In this document: positions 37,813-47,705 of the stretch, piece after piece
Layout of the letters: each line of letters starts with the position of its first letter
How positions within the stretch are numbered: the stretch's first letter is position 1
Virus record (IMG/VR): IMGVR_UViG_3300033076_000638
Coordinates: 2,887-66,886 of that record
DNA: 64,000 nt
Origin: a virus
Lineage: Duplodnaviria > Caudoviricetes
Reading direction: 5' to 3' (one strand)
Translations under genes and position numbers: made by a program
Notes under the pieces: generated by a model
What the model saw: the letters and a program-made list of their open reading frames with translations, nothing else
What the model was told of the DNA's origin: nothing
The model's database searches: none

Positions 37813-40779
37813 ATGGCATTAAATTTTCCAGTATCACCGTCATTAAATCAGACATACACTTCAGGTTCAAAAACTTGGAAGTGGAATGGTTCTGCATGGG
37901 ACCTTCTTGTTGTAACTGGTACAAACACAGACGATACTGCTAGACAAGCAGCATACGATGCAGCCAATAATGCAACAGCAGCATATTCACAGGCCAATAC
38001 TGCCACATCAAATGCAGCTGGTGCCAGTTTATATGCAAATGGTGCCTTCGTACAGGCCAACACAGCTGCAACTAATGCGTCATCAGCAGGTTCATATGCT
38101 AATGCGGCATTCACACAAGCAAATTCTGCATACGCATATGCGAATACATTGGCTGGTGGTGCATCAGCACAATATGCTTTTACACAGGCAAATGCAGCCT
38201 TTGAACAAGCGAACAATGTAACTGCGGCTTCATTGTATGCCAATGGTGCATTTATACAAGCAAATGCAGTTTACACATTAGCAAATACAACTCTACTGCG
38301 TACTGATGCTGCATTTATACAAGCTAATGCAGCATTTACAGCAGCAAACATTGGTAAAACATTTGTACAAAGTGGTGGTACAATCAATGGTTCTGTTACC
38401 ATTTCACAAGATTTGAGTGTTTCTGGTAATATTACTTTTGGTGGTAACTCAACAAGTATTTCATCAAATACACTATCATTATCAGACCCGTTAATATATC
38501 TAGCAAACGGAAATTCAGGCAATACATCAGATATTGGTCTTGTTGGTGCATTTGTTCAAGGTAGATATCAACACACTGGTGTTGTTCGTGACCATTTAGA
38601 TGGCCGTTGGAAATTTTTCAGCAACGTTGTTGCGGAACCATCAACTACAATAGATTTTGCAAACGCACAATATGACATTATTAAATCTGGTGGACTTGAG
38701 ACTGTTGGTTCAATAAACATTGGTACTGTTGCCTTCGTTGGATCCAATACAGGTAGTGCCTTAGGTGGTGCAACCAATCCAATTATCGGTTCATTAGGCA
38801 ATTCGACAGGATATATCCAATCTTATATCTACAATACCGCAAACGGCACATCATCTTCTGCTGATTTGGTGGCATATCCAAATAACGGAACAGATGTGTC
38901 TGGTTGGATTGACATGGGTATTACGTCCAACAACTTTACGGATGCAACATTTAATGTAACAGGACGTAATGAAGGTTATGTATTCATGTCAGCACCAACA
39001 GGTACTGGCACATCTGGTAACTTAATTCTGGCTACAGATTCAACTGGTGTTCATAATGCAGTTGAAATCTACACTGGTGGTTTTGGTCAGGGTAAAACAA
39101 ATCCTGCGTTGTTGATTAATAATAACAAAATTAAAACAACCAAACCTATTGCGTTTGTTGATAACACTTTACAAAATACAGCTGCTGCACCATATGGATT
39201 AACAAATGCAAGTTTCACACAAGCAAACTCTGCGTATGATGTTGCAAACTCTGCGGCTTCATATGCTAATGCTGCGTTTGCTAAAGCGAATGCTGCATCC
39301 GGTTCTGCAACATCAGGTTACACCGCAAACAATATTATTGTTGCAAACACTGGTGGTTATCTAAGTGGCACTTCAAACTTACAATTCTTACAATCCAACA
39401 ACAGTTTAATTGTAACAGGTAATGTTATTGCGACCAACTTCTTCGGTCCTACATCTTCAAACACAACAATTAGTGCAAATGGTTATACAACAACATTTGA
39501 CACAACAGGCAGATTAACATTACCTGGTCCAGTAACCTTCTCAGATGCCACAATTCAAACAACTGCATACACAGGTTTTGGTATCGACAACGTTGCAAGA
39601 TACACCGCAAACTCTGGTGCATTATATGCAAACGGTGCCTTCACACAGGCAAATACTGGTGTAACCAATGCAGCAACAGCAGACAGCAAAGCCGTTTCTG
39701 CTGGGTTATATGCTAACTCAGCATATACACAGGCAAATACAGCAACAACAAATGCATTAGCGGCAAGTACATATGCAAATAGTGGTTACACTCAAGCAAA
39801 TACTGCAACAACTAATGCTCTTGCAGCCAGTTCTTATGCCAACTCAGCATTCTTAGTTGCCAATACCGGTGTAACCAACGCTGCGACAGCAGATTCTAAG
39901 GCTGTATCAGCTGGTTCTTATGCCAACTCAGCATATACACAGGCAAATACAGCAACAACAAATGCCGCAACTGCTGATAGTAAGGCTGTTACTGCTGGTT
40001 CTTATGCTAACTCAGCATTTGGTGTTGCTAACACAGCAACAAACAATGCAGCTGGTGCATCCTTATACGCCAACGGTGCATTTATACAAGCCAATACTGC
40101 TGTTACAAATGCGGCAACTGCTGATGGTAAAGCGGTTACTGCTGGCAATTATGCCAACTCAGCATTCCTTCAAGCCAATACTGGTGTAACTAATGCGGCA
40201 ACTGCTGATAGTAAGGCTGTTACTGCTGGTTCTTATGCTAACTCAGCATATACTCAGGCAAATACAGCAACCAATAATGCGGCAGGAGTTTCTTTATATG
40301 CCAACGCAGCATTTATACAAGCCAATGCGGCCTTTGCTCAAGCAAATGCAGGTGGTGCCGCAGGTACAGACAGTTGGGCAAGAACACAGGCTAATGCTGC
40401 TTTCATACAGGCCAATGCTGCTTTTGCTCAAGCAAATACTGGCGGTGGAGCTAGTGCAGGTAATAACACTTTTACAACCAGAAATTACACTGGTGATGGT
40501 ACAACAGCAAACTACACAGTAACAGCAAACACGAATGTAAACAATGTAATTGTTACCGAAAACGGTGTTGTACAGACACCAACAACAGACTACACAATTA
40601 CAGGTACAACATTAACATTCACAACCGCACCTGTTAGTGGAGTAAAAATACAAATTAGGGAATTTGGTACCGTAGAAGATACTTTTGCTAGACTTCAAGC
40701 AAACAACGCATATACCAAAGCAAACACTGGAACATCACTAGGTAAAGCTATTGCCATGACAATAGTATTCGGAGGATAA
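37813..40779 (+). CDS. Fibre protein with AN-x-A heptad stalks, ending KAIAMTIVFGG
   Basis: N-terminus MALNFPVSPSLNQTY..WKWNGSAW; shared fibre modules; GDGTTANY beta-sandwich. Confidence 0.8.
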   Translation: MALNFPVSPSLNQTYTSGSKTWKWNGSAWDLLVVTGTNTDDTARQAAYDAANNATAAYSQANTATSNAAGASLYANGAFVQANTAATNASSAGSYANAAFTQANSAYAYANTLAGGASAQYAFTQANAAFEQANNVTAASLYANGAFIQANAVYTLANTTLLRTDAAFIQANAAFTAANIGKTFVQSGGTINGSVTISQDLSVSGNITFGGNSTSISSNTLSLSDPLIYLANGNSGNTSDIGLVGAFVQGRYQHTGVVRDHLDGRWKFFSNVVAEPSTTIDFANAQYDIIKSGGLETVGSINIGTVAFVGSNTGSALGGATNPIIGSLGNSTGYIQSYIYNTANGTSSSADLVAYPNNGTDVSGWIDMGITSNNFTDATFNVTGRNEGYVFMSAPTGTGTSGNLILATDSTGVHNAVEIYTGGFGQGKTNPALLINNNKIKTTKPIAFVDNTLQNTAAAPYGLTNASFTQANSAYDVANSAASYANAAFAKANAASGSATSGYTANNIIVANTGGYLSGTSNLQFLQSNNSLIVTGNVIATNFFGPTSSNTTISANGYTTTFDTTGRLTLPGPVTFSDATIQTTAYTGFGIDNVARYTANSGALYANGAFTQANTGVTNAATADSKAVSAGLYANSAYTQANTATTNALAASTYANSGYTQANTATTNALAASSYANSAFLVANTGVTNAATADSKAVSAGSYANSAYTQANTATTNAATADSKAVTAGSYANSAFGVANTATNNAAGASLYANGAFIQANTAVTNAATADGKAVTAGNYANSAFLQANTGVTNAATADSKAVTAGSYANSAYTQANTATNNAAGVSLYANAAFIQANAAFAQANAGGAAGTDSWARTQANAAFIQANAAFAQANTGGGASAGNNTFTTRNYTGDGTTANYTVTANTNVNNVIVTENGVVQTPTTDYTITGTTLTFTTAPVSGVKIQIREFGTVEDTFARLQANNAYTKANTGTSLGKAIAMTIVFGG
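39640..40330 (+). repeat. Imperfect 63/84-nt coding repeats with long exact copies
   Basis: Exact 52-mer at 39967-40018 and 40198-40249 (spacing 231 nt = 11 heptads). Exact 41-mer at 39715-39755 and 39925-39965 (spacing 210 nt = 10 heptads). Confidence 0.9.
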
Positions 40780-40783
40780 TTAA

Positions 40784-41146
40784 ATGGCTCAAATGAACGT
40801 AGTCAACGTATCGACAATTTATGGCAATACTAATGGTATGGTCGTTTCGACTGTACCCACAGCAATAGTTACTAATCCATCAAACAGCAATTCTGTTTAC
40901 AAGATAAATAGTCTTGTGGTATCCAATATCTCTGGTACAGGTGCAGCGAGTATTACTGTTGATGTGTATAAAAACCAAGCAACAGCCTATCGTTTATCAT
41001 ACCAAGTATCGGTGGCCGCAAATACATCATTCACACCTATCGACAAAGGTTTGATTATGTATTTACAAGAAAACGATTCAATTAGATTGACTGCAAGTGC
41101 AAACAGTTACTTGGAGGCGGTCTGTTCATACGAGGCTATTAGTTAA
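40784..41146 (+). CDS. Small beta-sandwich protein (putative fibre-tip adaptor)
   Basis: 120 aa; paralogous pattern to 48262..48591; TAATG-coupled to the lectin gene. Confidence 0.75.
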   Translation: MAQMNVVNVSTIYGNTNGMVVSTVPTAIVTNPSNSNSVYKINSLVVSNISGTGAASITVDVYKNQATAYRLSYQVSVAANTSFTPIDKGLIMYLQENDSIRLTASANSYLEAVCSYEAIS

Positions 41147-44100
41147 TGTACAATTCTGGTCGCAGAGGTAAAAGAGCAAATGATGGTTATGGTATAATTT
41201 CTCAGGCTGATAGGTTTAATCAGACAGAATATCCAATACCAATCGTTACCTCGTTTGCTGTCACAAATGGTTCATATGTGCCACTAGATGACACCGCAGC
41301 AAGTACTGCCGGTGGTCAAACAATTGTTGTCTATGGTTCTGGTTTTGCACCAGGAGCAACCGTAATGGTCGGTGGCAGTACAATTGGTGCAGTCACATAT
41401 CTTGACCAGGGTAGATTAACCTTTACTTCTCCGGCAAATTCTTCTGGTAGTTATACCATTATTGTTATCAATGCCAACGGTGGCACTGGTATTTTGGTAC
41501 CAGGTTTGGTATATTCTGGTGTTCCAACATGGTCAACATCAGCAGGTTCTGTTGGTTCTGTATATGAAACAACTTCCGTAAGTTCAACATTTGTGGCCAC
41601 TGGTGATGCACCAATGACATATAGTGTATTGTCTGGTAGTCTACCACCAGGAACATCATTGTCAACAACAGGCGTGTTATCTGGTTCTGCACCAGTAGAA
41701 TCTGGTTCAACAACATATTCATTTACCATCCGTGCAACTGATGGACAATTACAAGATACAGACCGTTCTTTCAGTTTGACCGTAAACACAGACGTTATTA
41801 CTTGGTCATCACCAACAAATAATCAAGTCATTTCTTCATACGAATATGCACCTATTTCTAACGTAACTGCATCAGCAACTTCTGCTGCTGGTTATAGTGT
41901 CGTGTATTCATCAAACACAACACCAACTGGTATATCATTAAATGCCACAACTGGTGTTATTTCTGGTACTGCAAACACAGTTGGTAATACATACACACGA
42001 TTGACTGCAACAGCAAACACAACAGGAAGAAGTGCAATACGTGATGTAGTATTCAATGTGAATCAAGACGTTGTTACATGGAGCACACCAACAGCAGACC
42101 AACAATATTCGTTGTCTGGTGGTTCAGCAATGTCACCAGTATCATTGAGTGCAACCAGTGCAGCGGGTTTTGGTGTTCAATATTCCGCAAACGCATTACC
42201 ATCTGGTGTGTCATTGAGTGGTTCTACAATCTCTGGTACTCCAGATACAGCGCAAACAGTATACACTTTGTTGACTGCAACAGCAAACACAACAAACAGA
42301 AGTGCAACAAGAACTATTAGTTGGGTTATTTCTCTTGGTGATATTTACTGGAAAAACACTTCACTTGCATTAAACGCAACACCAACATCTACTCCATTCA
42401 ATACGGATTTGAGCAACAATAATACAATGTTGACAGTTGTTGGTGATACAAAGCCAAGTAATTTTGATCCATACCAAGAAGGTTATTACAGTACTACTTT
42501 TTCAAGTAGCAATTATCTAACAGTAACAAGCCCAAGTATTGCCATGGGTACAGGTGATTTTACAATAGAATTTTGGATGTATTTCACTGGTACTGATGGT
42601 ACCAGATATGAATTAATAGATACCGGAACCAGCACGATTGTATTGTATCGTTATTCTAACAACGCTTTAAGTTATTTCTTTAACGGTGCCGATAGAATAT
42701 CATTAAGTGGATTCACGGCTGCTGCGTATGGCAATCGTTGGTTACATTTTGCAATCTCTCGTGTTAGTGGCAGCACTAAAATGTTTATCAATGGATCTCA
42801 GGTCGGATCAACATATACCGATACCAATTCATTCACTTTAACTAGCATGATAATTGGTTACAGTCCTGGTGCAGGATCATATTGGGCTGGTCAAGTAAGC
42901 AATTTCAGAATTTTGGCAGGCACTGGTTTATATTCAACCACATTTACACCACCAACAACTCCTTTGACGGCAGTTGCAAATACTGCATTGTTACTTTTCC
43001 AGTCAAATAGAATTATAGATAAATCTCCAAGAAATTATGCAGTTCCAGTGACTGGTACATTACCAATTTCACAATCACATCCATTCAACACTCCAACTAC
43101 TGTGGCATACAATACACAGTATAGTACATATTTTGATGGTACTGGTGATTATTTGTCTCTTTCCAGCAATACAGCTTTTGCATTGAGTGGTGATTATACT
43201 ATTGAGGCGTGGGTTTTTAGAACCGATTCTGGAACACAACGAGCAATTGTTGATTTACGTGGTGGTTCAAACTTAAACGTTCTATTCTATATGAATAGTT
43301 CAAATCAATTAGTTGCATTTAATTCCAGTTCTACTTGGATATCAAGCACAGGAACTATTCCATTAAATCAATGGACACACGTTGCTATTTGTAGGTCAGG
43401 CACATCAGTAAAATTGTTTATAAATGGTGTTAATGATGGTACAGCCACAAACTCAGACGCAAACGTTAGTGTTGGATCTCCATACATAGGAAGACAAAAT
43501 GGTTCAACAGGAAACGATTGGTTAGGAAACATTTCAAATGTTCGTATTGTTAAAGGCCAGGCATTATACACCGGTAACTTTACACCAGCAACATCATCGT
43601 TAACCATTTCAACAGTTGGTACTTCAGGTGCAAACGTTGCTGCATCAATTAGTGGTACAGTTTCTTTATTAACCTGTCAAAATTCTACAATAATTGATAA
43701 CTCAACCAATGCATTTACAATCACAAGCAATGGTGATGCACGTCCTGTTGCTATAAGTCCATTTACACAAACAACCGCAAACACAACAGTAACTACTTTG
43801 GGTTCAGCATACTTTGATGGTACTGGAGATTATTTATCCGTACCACACAATGCTGTTCATTGGTTGAGTAATTTGGATTTCACGATACAAGCCTGGTTCT
43901 ACACAACAAAATCGGGCGAACAATCAATATTAAATAAACAATGGCAAGGAACCAGTGCTGCGTATGCTAGTTATAATATTTACATAGAAGCCGGCAACAC
44001 GTTAAGATTCTTAGCTTCAACAAGCGGTGGCGCTTGGGAGATTGATTCGGGCAGCACCAGTACTGTAATAAAAACTAACACATGGTATCATGTTGCCGTA

Positions 44101-47100
44101 ACCCGTTCAGGTAGCACCTTTAGATTGTTTGTAAATGGTGTTGTTGATAAATCCGTAACAAATTCAGGTACACTATACAATCACCCCGATCCTATGATTA
44201 TCGGTGCGGCCGGTGCATTAACTGGTTATACTTCGGCATTTCAAGGTTATATCTCAGACATTCAACTAATTAGGGGCACAGCACTATATACATCCAACTT
44301 TGTACCACCACAAGCACCACTAACAGCAGTAGCAAACACACAGTTGTTAACATGCCAAACAAATGGTAACCTTAACAATAATCAATTTGTTGATTCATCA
44401 AGTTTTAATAACAATGTCACACGTTACGGAAATACCTCAGCAGGTACGTTTAGTCCATACAGTCCAAATGGATGGAGTACCTATTTTAATGGTAGTTCAG
44501 ATTATCAATATCTACCAACGAATGCTGCATTTGCAATCGGCACAGCCGACTTCACACTTGAAATGTGGGTAATGCCAACAGGTGCAAACTTGTCATGGAC
44601 CACATTGTTTGCTGGTGTAAACTATGGAGCACAAAGTGATTGGGGTTTATATGGTGGTGATGGTAATGGCAACCCATTATATCCAATGTTTATGTTTACC
44701 GGTTCATCAACACAAGGTAATGGAGCAACTCAAACACAAGGCACAGCATCATTAACTGGTTACACAAAGATGACTATCGGTCAATGGAACCATATTGCCG
44801 TAAGTAGAGTGAGTGGTACTGCAAGAATGTTCCTAAATGGTACACAAACAGGACCATCAGTTAATGCATCAACCTGGTCTTTGGCCAACACATTATCAAA
44901 AGGTATTGGTGGTGGATACAACGGTAACGGCAACACACTATTTACTGGTTACATTTCAAATATTCGTTTATTAAGTGGTACTGGTTTATATTCAGCCAAC
45001 TTTACACCACCAACAGCGCCATTGACAGCAATAGCAAATACTGTTGTATTGACATGCCAATCAAACAAATTTGAAGAAGTTAGTCGAAATAATTTTACAA
45101 TAACAAGTGGTGGTGCACCTAAAATACAAGCAATCAGTCCTTTTGGTGGTTCAAGTATTACAAATTATTACTCAACATATTTTAATACCGCAGCCAACTC
45201 ATTAACATACTCAAATAATGCGGCTGGTCCAACAGGCACAGAAGATTTTACATGGGAAGCATGGTGGTATTTCTTGACACAACCAGGTGGTTCTTTCCCA
45301 CGTGTGTTTGAATCCACAACAGCCAGTGCATTCCAAATCTATTTCAATGGTTCAACATTAACGATAGGACCAAACGGGGGTTCATCAGTATTGACATATG
45401 CATTAACATCGGTTAACCAATGGGTACACTTATGTGTAACTCGTTCCGGTTCAGCAATGAGATTGTTTGTTAATGGTGTATTACGTGCATATAGTGCGTC
45501 AGGTGGTACAAACTTTGCATCATCAACAAGTGGTTGGAGAGTTTTATCTGAAGGTGGTTCAGGTCCACACGGATTAATTTCCAACATGCGTGTTGTTAGA
45601 GGTTCAGTTGTTCCTGATTATGTAACAAGTTCAACAACAACTGGTACAACAATCTTTATTCCACCAACAAGTCCATTGACTGCGATTGCAAACACAGCAT
45701 TGTTGGCACACCAAAGTTCAACTCAAATTGATAGTAGTGGAAATGGTAGTACAATTACAACAAACGCAACCAACATTAAAATTTTACCAGTAAGTCCATT
45801 TACACCACCTACACCAACAACAGGTTTAACATATTCACCAACATTACATAGTGGTTCTATGTACCTTGATGGTACATCAGACTACTTAACTGTTGCATCA
45901 AACCCTGCATACACAACTTTACCGGCAAGTGGAAACTTTACAATCGAAGGTTGGTTCTATTTTACTGATTTGAGTATTGCACAACAATTACTTTTCACTC
46001 AACGAAATAGTGGTGCACAATATTGTCCTTATCTAATCTGGACAAGCACCTCTAGCATTCTATTATATGTAAGTTCAAACAATGGTTCGTGGGATATTGT
46101 CAATAGTGCTACATTAGCATCCGGTTTAGTGGCCAACCAATGGTATCATTTTGCATACACCAGAAACGGCAGCACATTTAGATTCTTTGTGAATGGTGTA
46201 CAAACATATACATTTACAAGTTCAGCAGCATTCACAAACACAAACACATACAACATAGGTATGTCTCCTGGTGAAACTAATACCGCTTTCAAAGGTTACA
46301 TTAGTGACCACAGATTTATTAATGGTGTTTCATTATATAATGCAAACTTTGTACCACCAACTGCACCAGCCACACCGGTTGTTTATTCTAACAACTCAAC
46401 TGCAATTGCAAATACTGCATACGCAGCAATTTTGGTGAGTGGTACAAGTGGTGGCATTATTGATGCACACGGTACCAACATCTTAGAAACTGTTGGTGAT
46501 ACTAAGCTTGCACCAGAATCTCCGTTTGAAGGTAGTTATTATAGTAATTACTTTGATGGTACTGGGGATTATTTAACTGTACCAAACAACTCTGGATTGT
46601 ATTTTACTGATGCTGGTAATCATACTTTTGAATGTTGGGTTAATGTTTCAAGTTTTGCTACAACACAAGGTATCATATGGAACCGTTCAGGATCAGCCGG
46701 ATGGAGTTTGGTTATTCAGGTTACCACTGGTTATCCATATTTTGTATTGTATACGCCTACAGCAGTAACAATTACAAGTTCAATCGCACTTACACTTAAT
46801 GCTTGGAATCATATTGCTTTGGTTAGGTCAAGTTCTGTTATTACAATGTATCTGAATGGGGTAAACGTAGGTACTGTTTCCAATGCTAGCGGCGTTAATG
46901 AAAATACGCAAGTAATTAATATTGGGTCTCAACCTAATGGTGGCAATCCATTATTAGGTTATATATCAAATGTTAGATTTGTTAAAGGTACAGCAGTTTA
47001 CACATCAAACTTTACACCTCCAACTGCACCCCTCACAGCAATATCAGGAACAAGTTTATTGACATGTCAATCAAATAAATTTGTTGATAATAGTTCTAAT

Positions 47101-47685
47101 GCATTTACTATAACCAAAAACGGTGATGCCGCAGTTAAAACATTTAACCCGTTCAAACTTAATACTGGTCAATCAATTTACTTTGATGGCACAGGTGACT
47201 CATTATTTCAAGCAGCAAGTCCAAATTATACATTTGGTACAGGTGATTTTACGATTGAATTTTGGATTAACTTCACAAGCACAACCAATAGACAAGATAT
47301 TCTATGGATTTCTACTGCGGGTGCTGCAACAGATAGACTTGGTATCTCATGGAACCTAACTGCTGGTAATTTGACATATTATATTTCACCGACTGTAGGT
47401 AATGCTATTAATGCAGCATGGACACCAACCACTGGACAATGGTACCATATTGCATTGTGTAGATCCTCAGGTAACACAAAATTGTTTATCAACGGTACTC
47501 AAAGTGGATCAACATATACAGATTCAAGAAATTATAATTCACAATATGCACTTTATGTCGGACAAGACAGTACAGGTCTAACGTCAATGTTTAACGGTTA
47601 TCTGAGAGACCTAAGAATCACCAGATATGCACGTTATACATCTAACAACCAGGTTAACTTGACATCCACTTTTGAAGTCAAATAA
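41146..47685 (+). CDS. Giant adhesin: IPT/TIG + 3 putative Ig (He_PIG-like) + 8 LamG/ConA-like domains
   Basis: GGQTIVVYGSGFAPGA (IPT/TIG); LPPGTSLSTTGVLSG-type Ig repeats; eight units, most with S.YFDGTGDYL..DFTIE.W..W.H.A..RSG....F.NG. Confidence 0.85.
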   Translation: MYNSGRRGKRANDGYGIISQADRFNQTEYPIPIVTSFAVTNGSYVPLDDTAASTAGGQTIVVYGSGFAPGATVMVGGSTIGAVTYLDQGRLTFTSPANSSGSYTIIVINANGGTGILVPGLVYSGVPTWSTSAGSVGSVYETTSVSSTFVATGDAPMTYSVLSGSLPPGTSLSTTGVLSGSAPVESGSTTYSFTIRATDGQLQDTDRSFSLTVNTDVITWSSPTNNQVISSYEYAPISNVTASATSAAGYSVVYSSNTTPTGISLNATTGVISGTANTVGNTYTRLTATANTTGRSAIRDVVFNVNQDVVTWSTPTADQQYSLSGGSAMSPVSLSATSAAGFGVQYSANALPSGVSLSGSTISGTPDTAQTVYTLLTATANTTNRSATRTISWVISLGDIYWKNTSLALNATPTSTPFNTDLSNNNTMLTVVGDTKPSNFDPYQEGYYSTTFSSSNYLTVTSPSIAMGTGDFTIEFWMYFTGTDGTRYELIDTGTSTIVLYRYSNNALSYFFNGADRISLSGFTAAAYGNRWLHFAISRVSGSTKMFINGSQVGSTYTDTNSFTLTSMIIGYSPGAGSYWAGQVSNFRILAGTGLYSTTFTPPTTPLTAVANTALLLFQSNRIIDKSPRNYAVPVTGTLPISQSHPFNTPTTVAYNTQYSTYFDGTGDYLSLSSNTAFALSGDYTIEAWVFRTDSGTQRAIVDLRGGSNLNVLFYMNSSNQLVAFNSSSTWISSTGTIPLNQWTHVAICRSGTSVKLFINGVNDGTATNSDANVSVGSPYIGRQNGSTGNDWLGNISNVRIVKGQALYTGNFTPATSSLTISTVGTSGANVAASISGTVSLLTCQNSTIIDNSTNAFTITSNGDARPVAISPFTQTTANTTVTTLGSAYFDGTGDYLSVPHNAVHWLSNLDFTIQAWFYTTKSGEQSILNKQWQGTSAAYASYNIYIEAGNTLRFLASTSGGAWEIDSGSTSTVIKTNTWYHVAVTRSGSTFRLFVNGVVDKSVTNSGTLYNHPDPMIIGAAGALTGYTSAFQGYISDIQLIRGTALYTSNFVPPQAPLTAVANTQLLTCQTNGNLNNNQFVDSSSFNNNVTRYGNTSAGTFSPYSPNGWSTYFNGSSDYQYLPTNAAFAIGTADFTLEMWVMPTGANLSWTTLFAGVNYGAQSDWGLYGGDGNGNPLYPMFMFTGSSTQGNGATQTQGTASLTGYTKMTIGQWNHIAVSRVSGTARMFLNGTQTGPSVNASTWSLANTLSKGIGGGYNGNGNTLFTGYISNIRLLSGTGLYSANFTPPTAPLTAIANTVVLTCQSNKFEEVSRNNFTITSGGAPKIQAISPFGGSSITNYYSTYFNTAANSLTYSNNAAGPTGTEDFTWEAWWYFLTQPGGSFPRVFESTTASAFQIYFNGSTLTIGPNGGSSVLTYALTSVNQWVHLCVTRSGSAMRLFVNGVLRAYSASGGTNFASSTSGWRVLSEGGSGPHGLISNMRVVRGSVVPDYVTSSTTTGTTIFIPPTSPLTAIANTALLAHQSSTQIDSSGNGSTITTNATNIKILPVSPFTPPTPTTGLTYSPTLHSGSMYLDGTSDYLTVASNPAYTTLPASGNFTIEGWFYFTDLSIAQQLLFTQRNSGAQYCPYLIWTSTSSILLYVSSNNGSWDIVNSATLASGLVANQWYHFAYTRNGSTFRFFVNGVQTYTFTSSAAFTNTNTYNIGMSPGETNTAFKGYISDHRFINGVSLYNANFVPPTAPATPVVYSNNSTAIANTAYAAILVSGTSGGIIDAHGTNILETVGDTKLAPESPFEGSYYSNYFDGTGDYLTVPNNSGLYFTDAGNHTFECWVNVSSFATTQGIIWNRSGSAGWSLVIQVTTGYPYFVLYTPTAVTITSSIALTLNAWNHIALVRSSSVITMYLNGVNVGTVSNASGVNENTQVINIGSQPNGGNPLLGYISNVRFVKGTAVYTSNFTPPTAPLTAISGTSLLTCQSNKFVDNSSNAFTITKNGDAAVKTFNPFKLNTGQSIYFDGTGDSLFQAASPNYTFGTGDFTIEFWINFTSTTNRQDILWISTAGAATDRLGISWNLTAGNLTYYISPTVGNAINAAWTPTTGQWYHIALCRSSGNTKLFINGTQSGSTYTDSRNYNSQYALYVGQDSTGLTSMFNGYLRDLRITRYARYTSNNQVNLTSTFEVK

Positions 47686-47688
47686 ATA
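47681..47688 (+). promoter_or_regulatory. Late promoter (AATAAATA) overlapping the lectin-gene stop codon
   Basis: TAA stop at 47683-85 forms the start of TAAATA. Confidence 0.5.
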
Positions 47689-47705
47689 GTTAAAAAAGAA
47701 GTAAT

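Noticed and set aside
35200-40330. CRISPR-like or non-coding repeat array
   Set aside because: The repeats are in-frame, degenerate at synonymous sites and lack unique spacers; they are protein repeats.
25858-40522. Many 60-160 aa minus-strand and off-frame ORFs inside the repeat fibre genes (e.g. 26363..26842, 28406..28768, 37848..38243, 40193..40522)
   Set aside because: They are shadows of the Ala/Asn codon repeats (gca-aat-gca creates off-frame ATG and few stops). They have no RBS and lie fully inside strong + strand genes.
34971-40779. Type I antifreeze-like Ala/Thr-rich helices
   Set aside because: The period is 7 residues, not the 11-residue Thr spacing, and the structural-operon context favours a fibre stalk.
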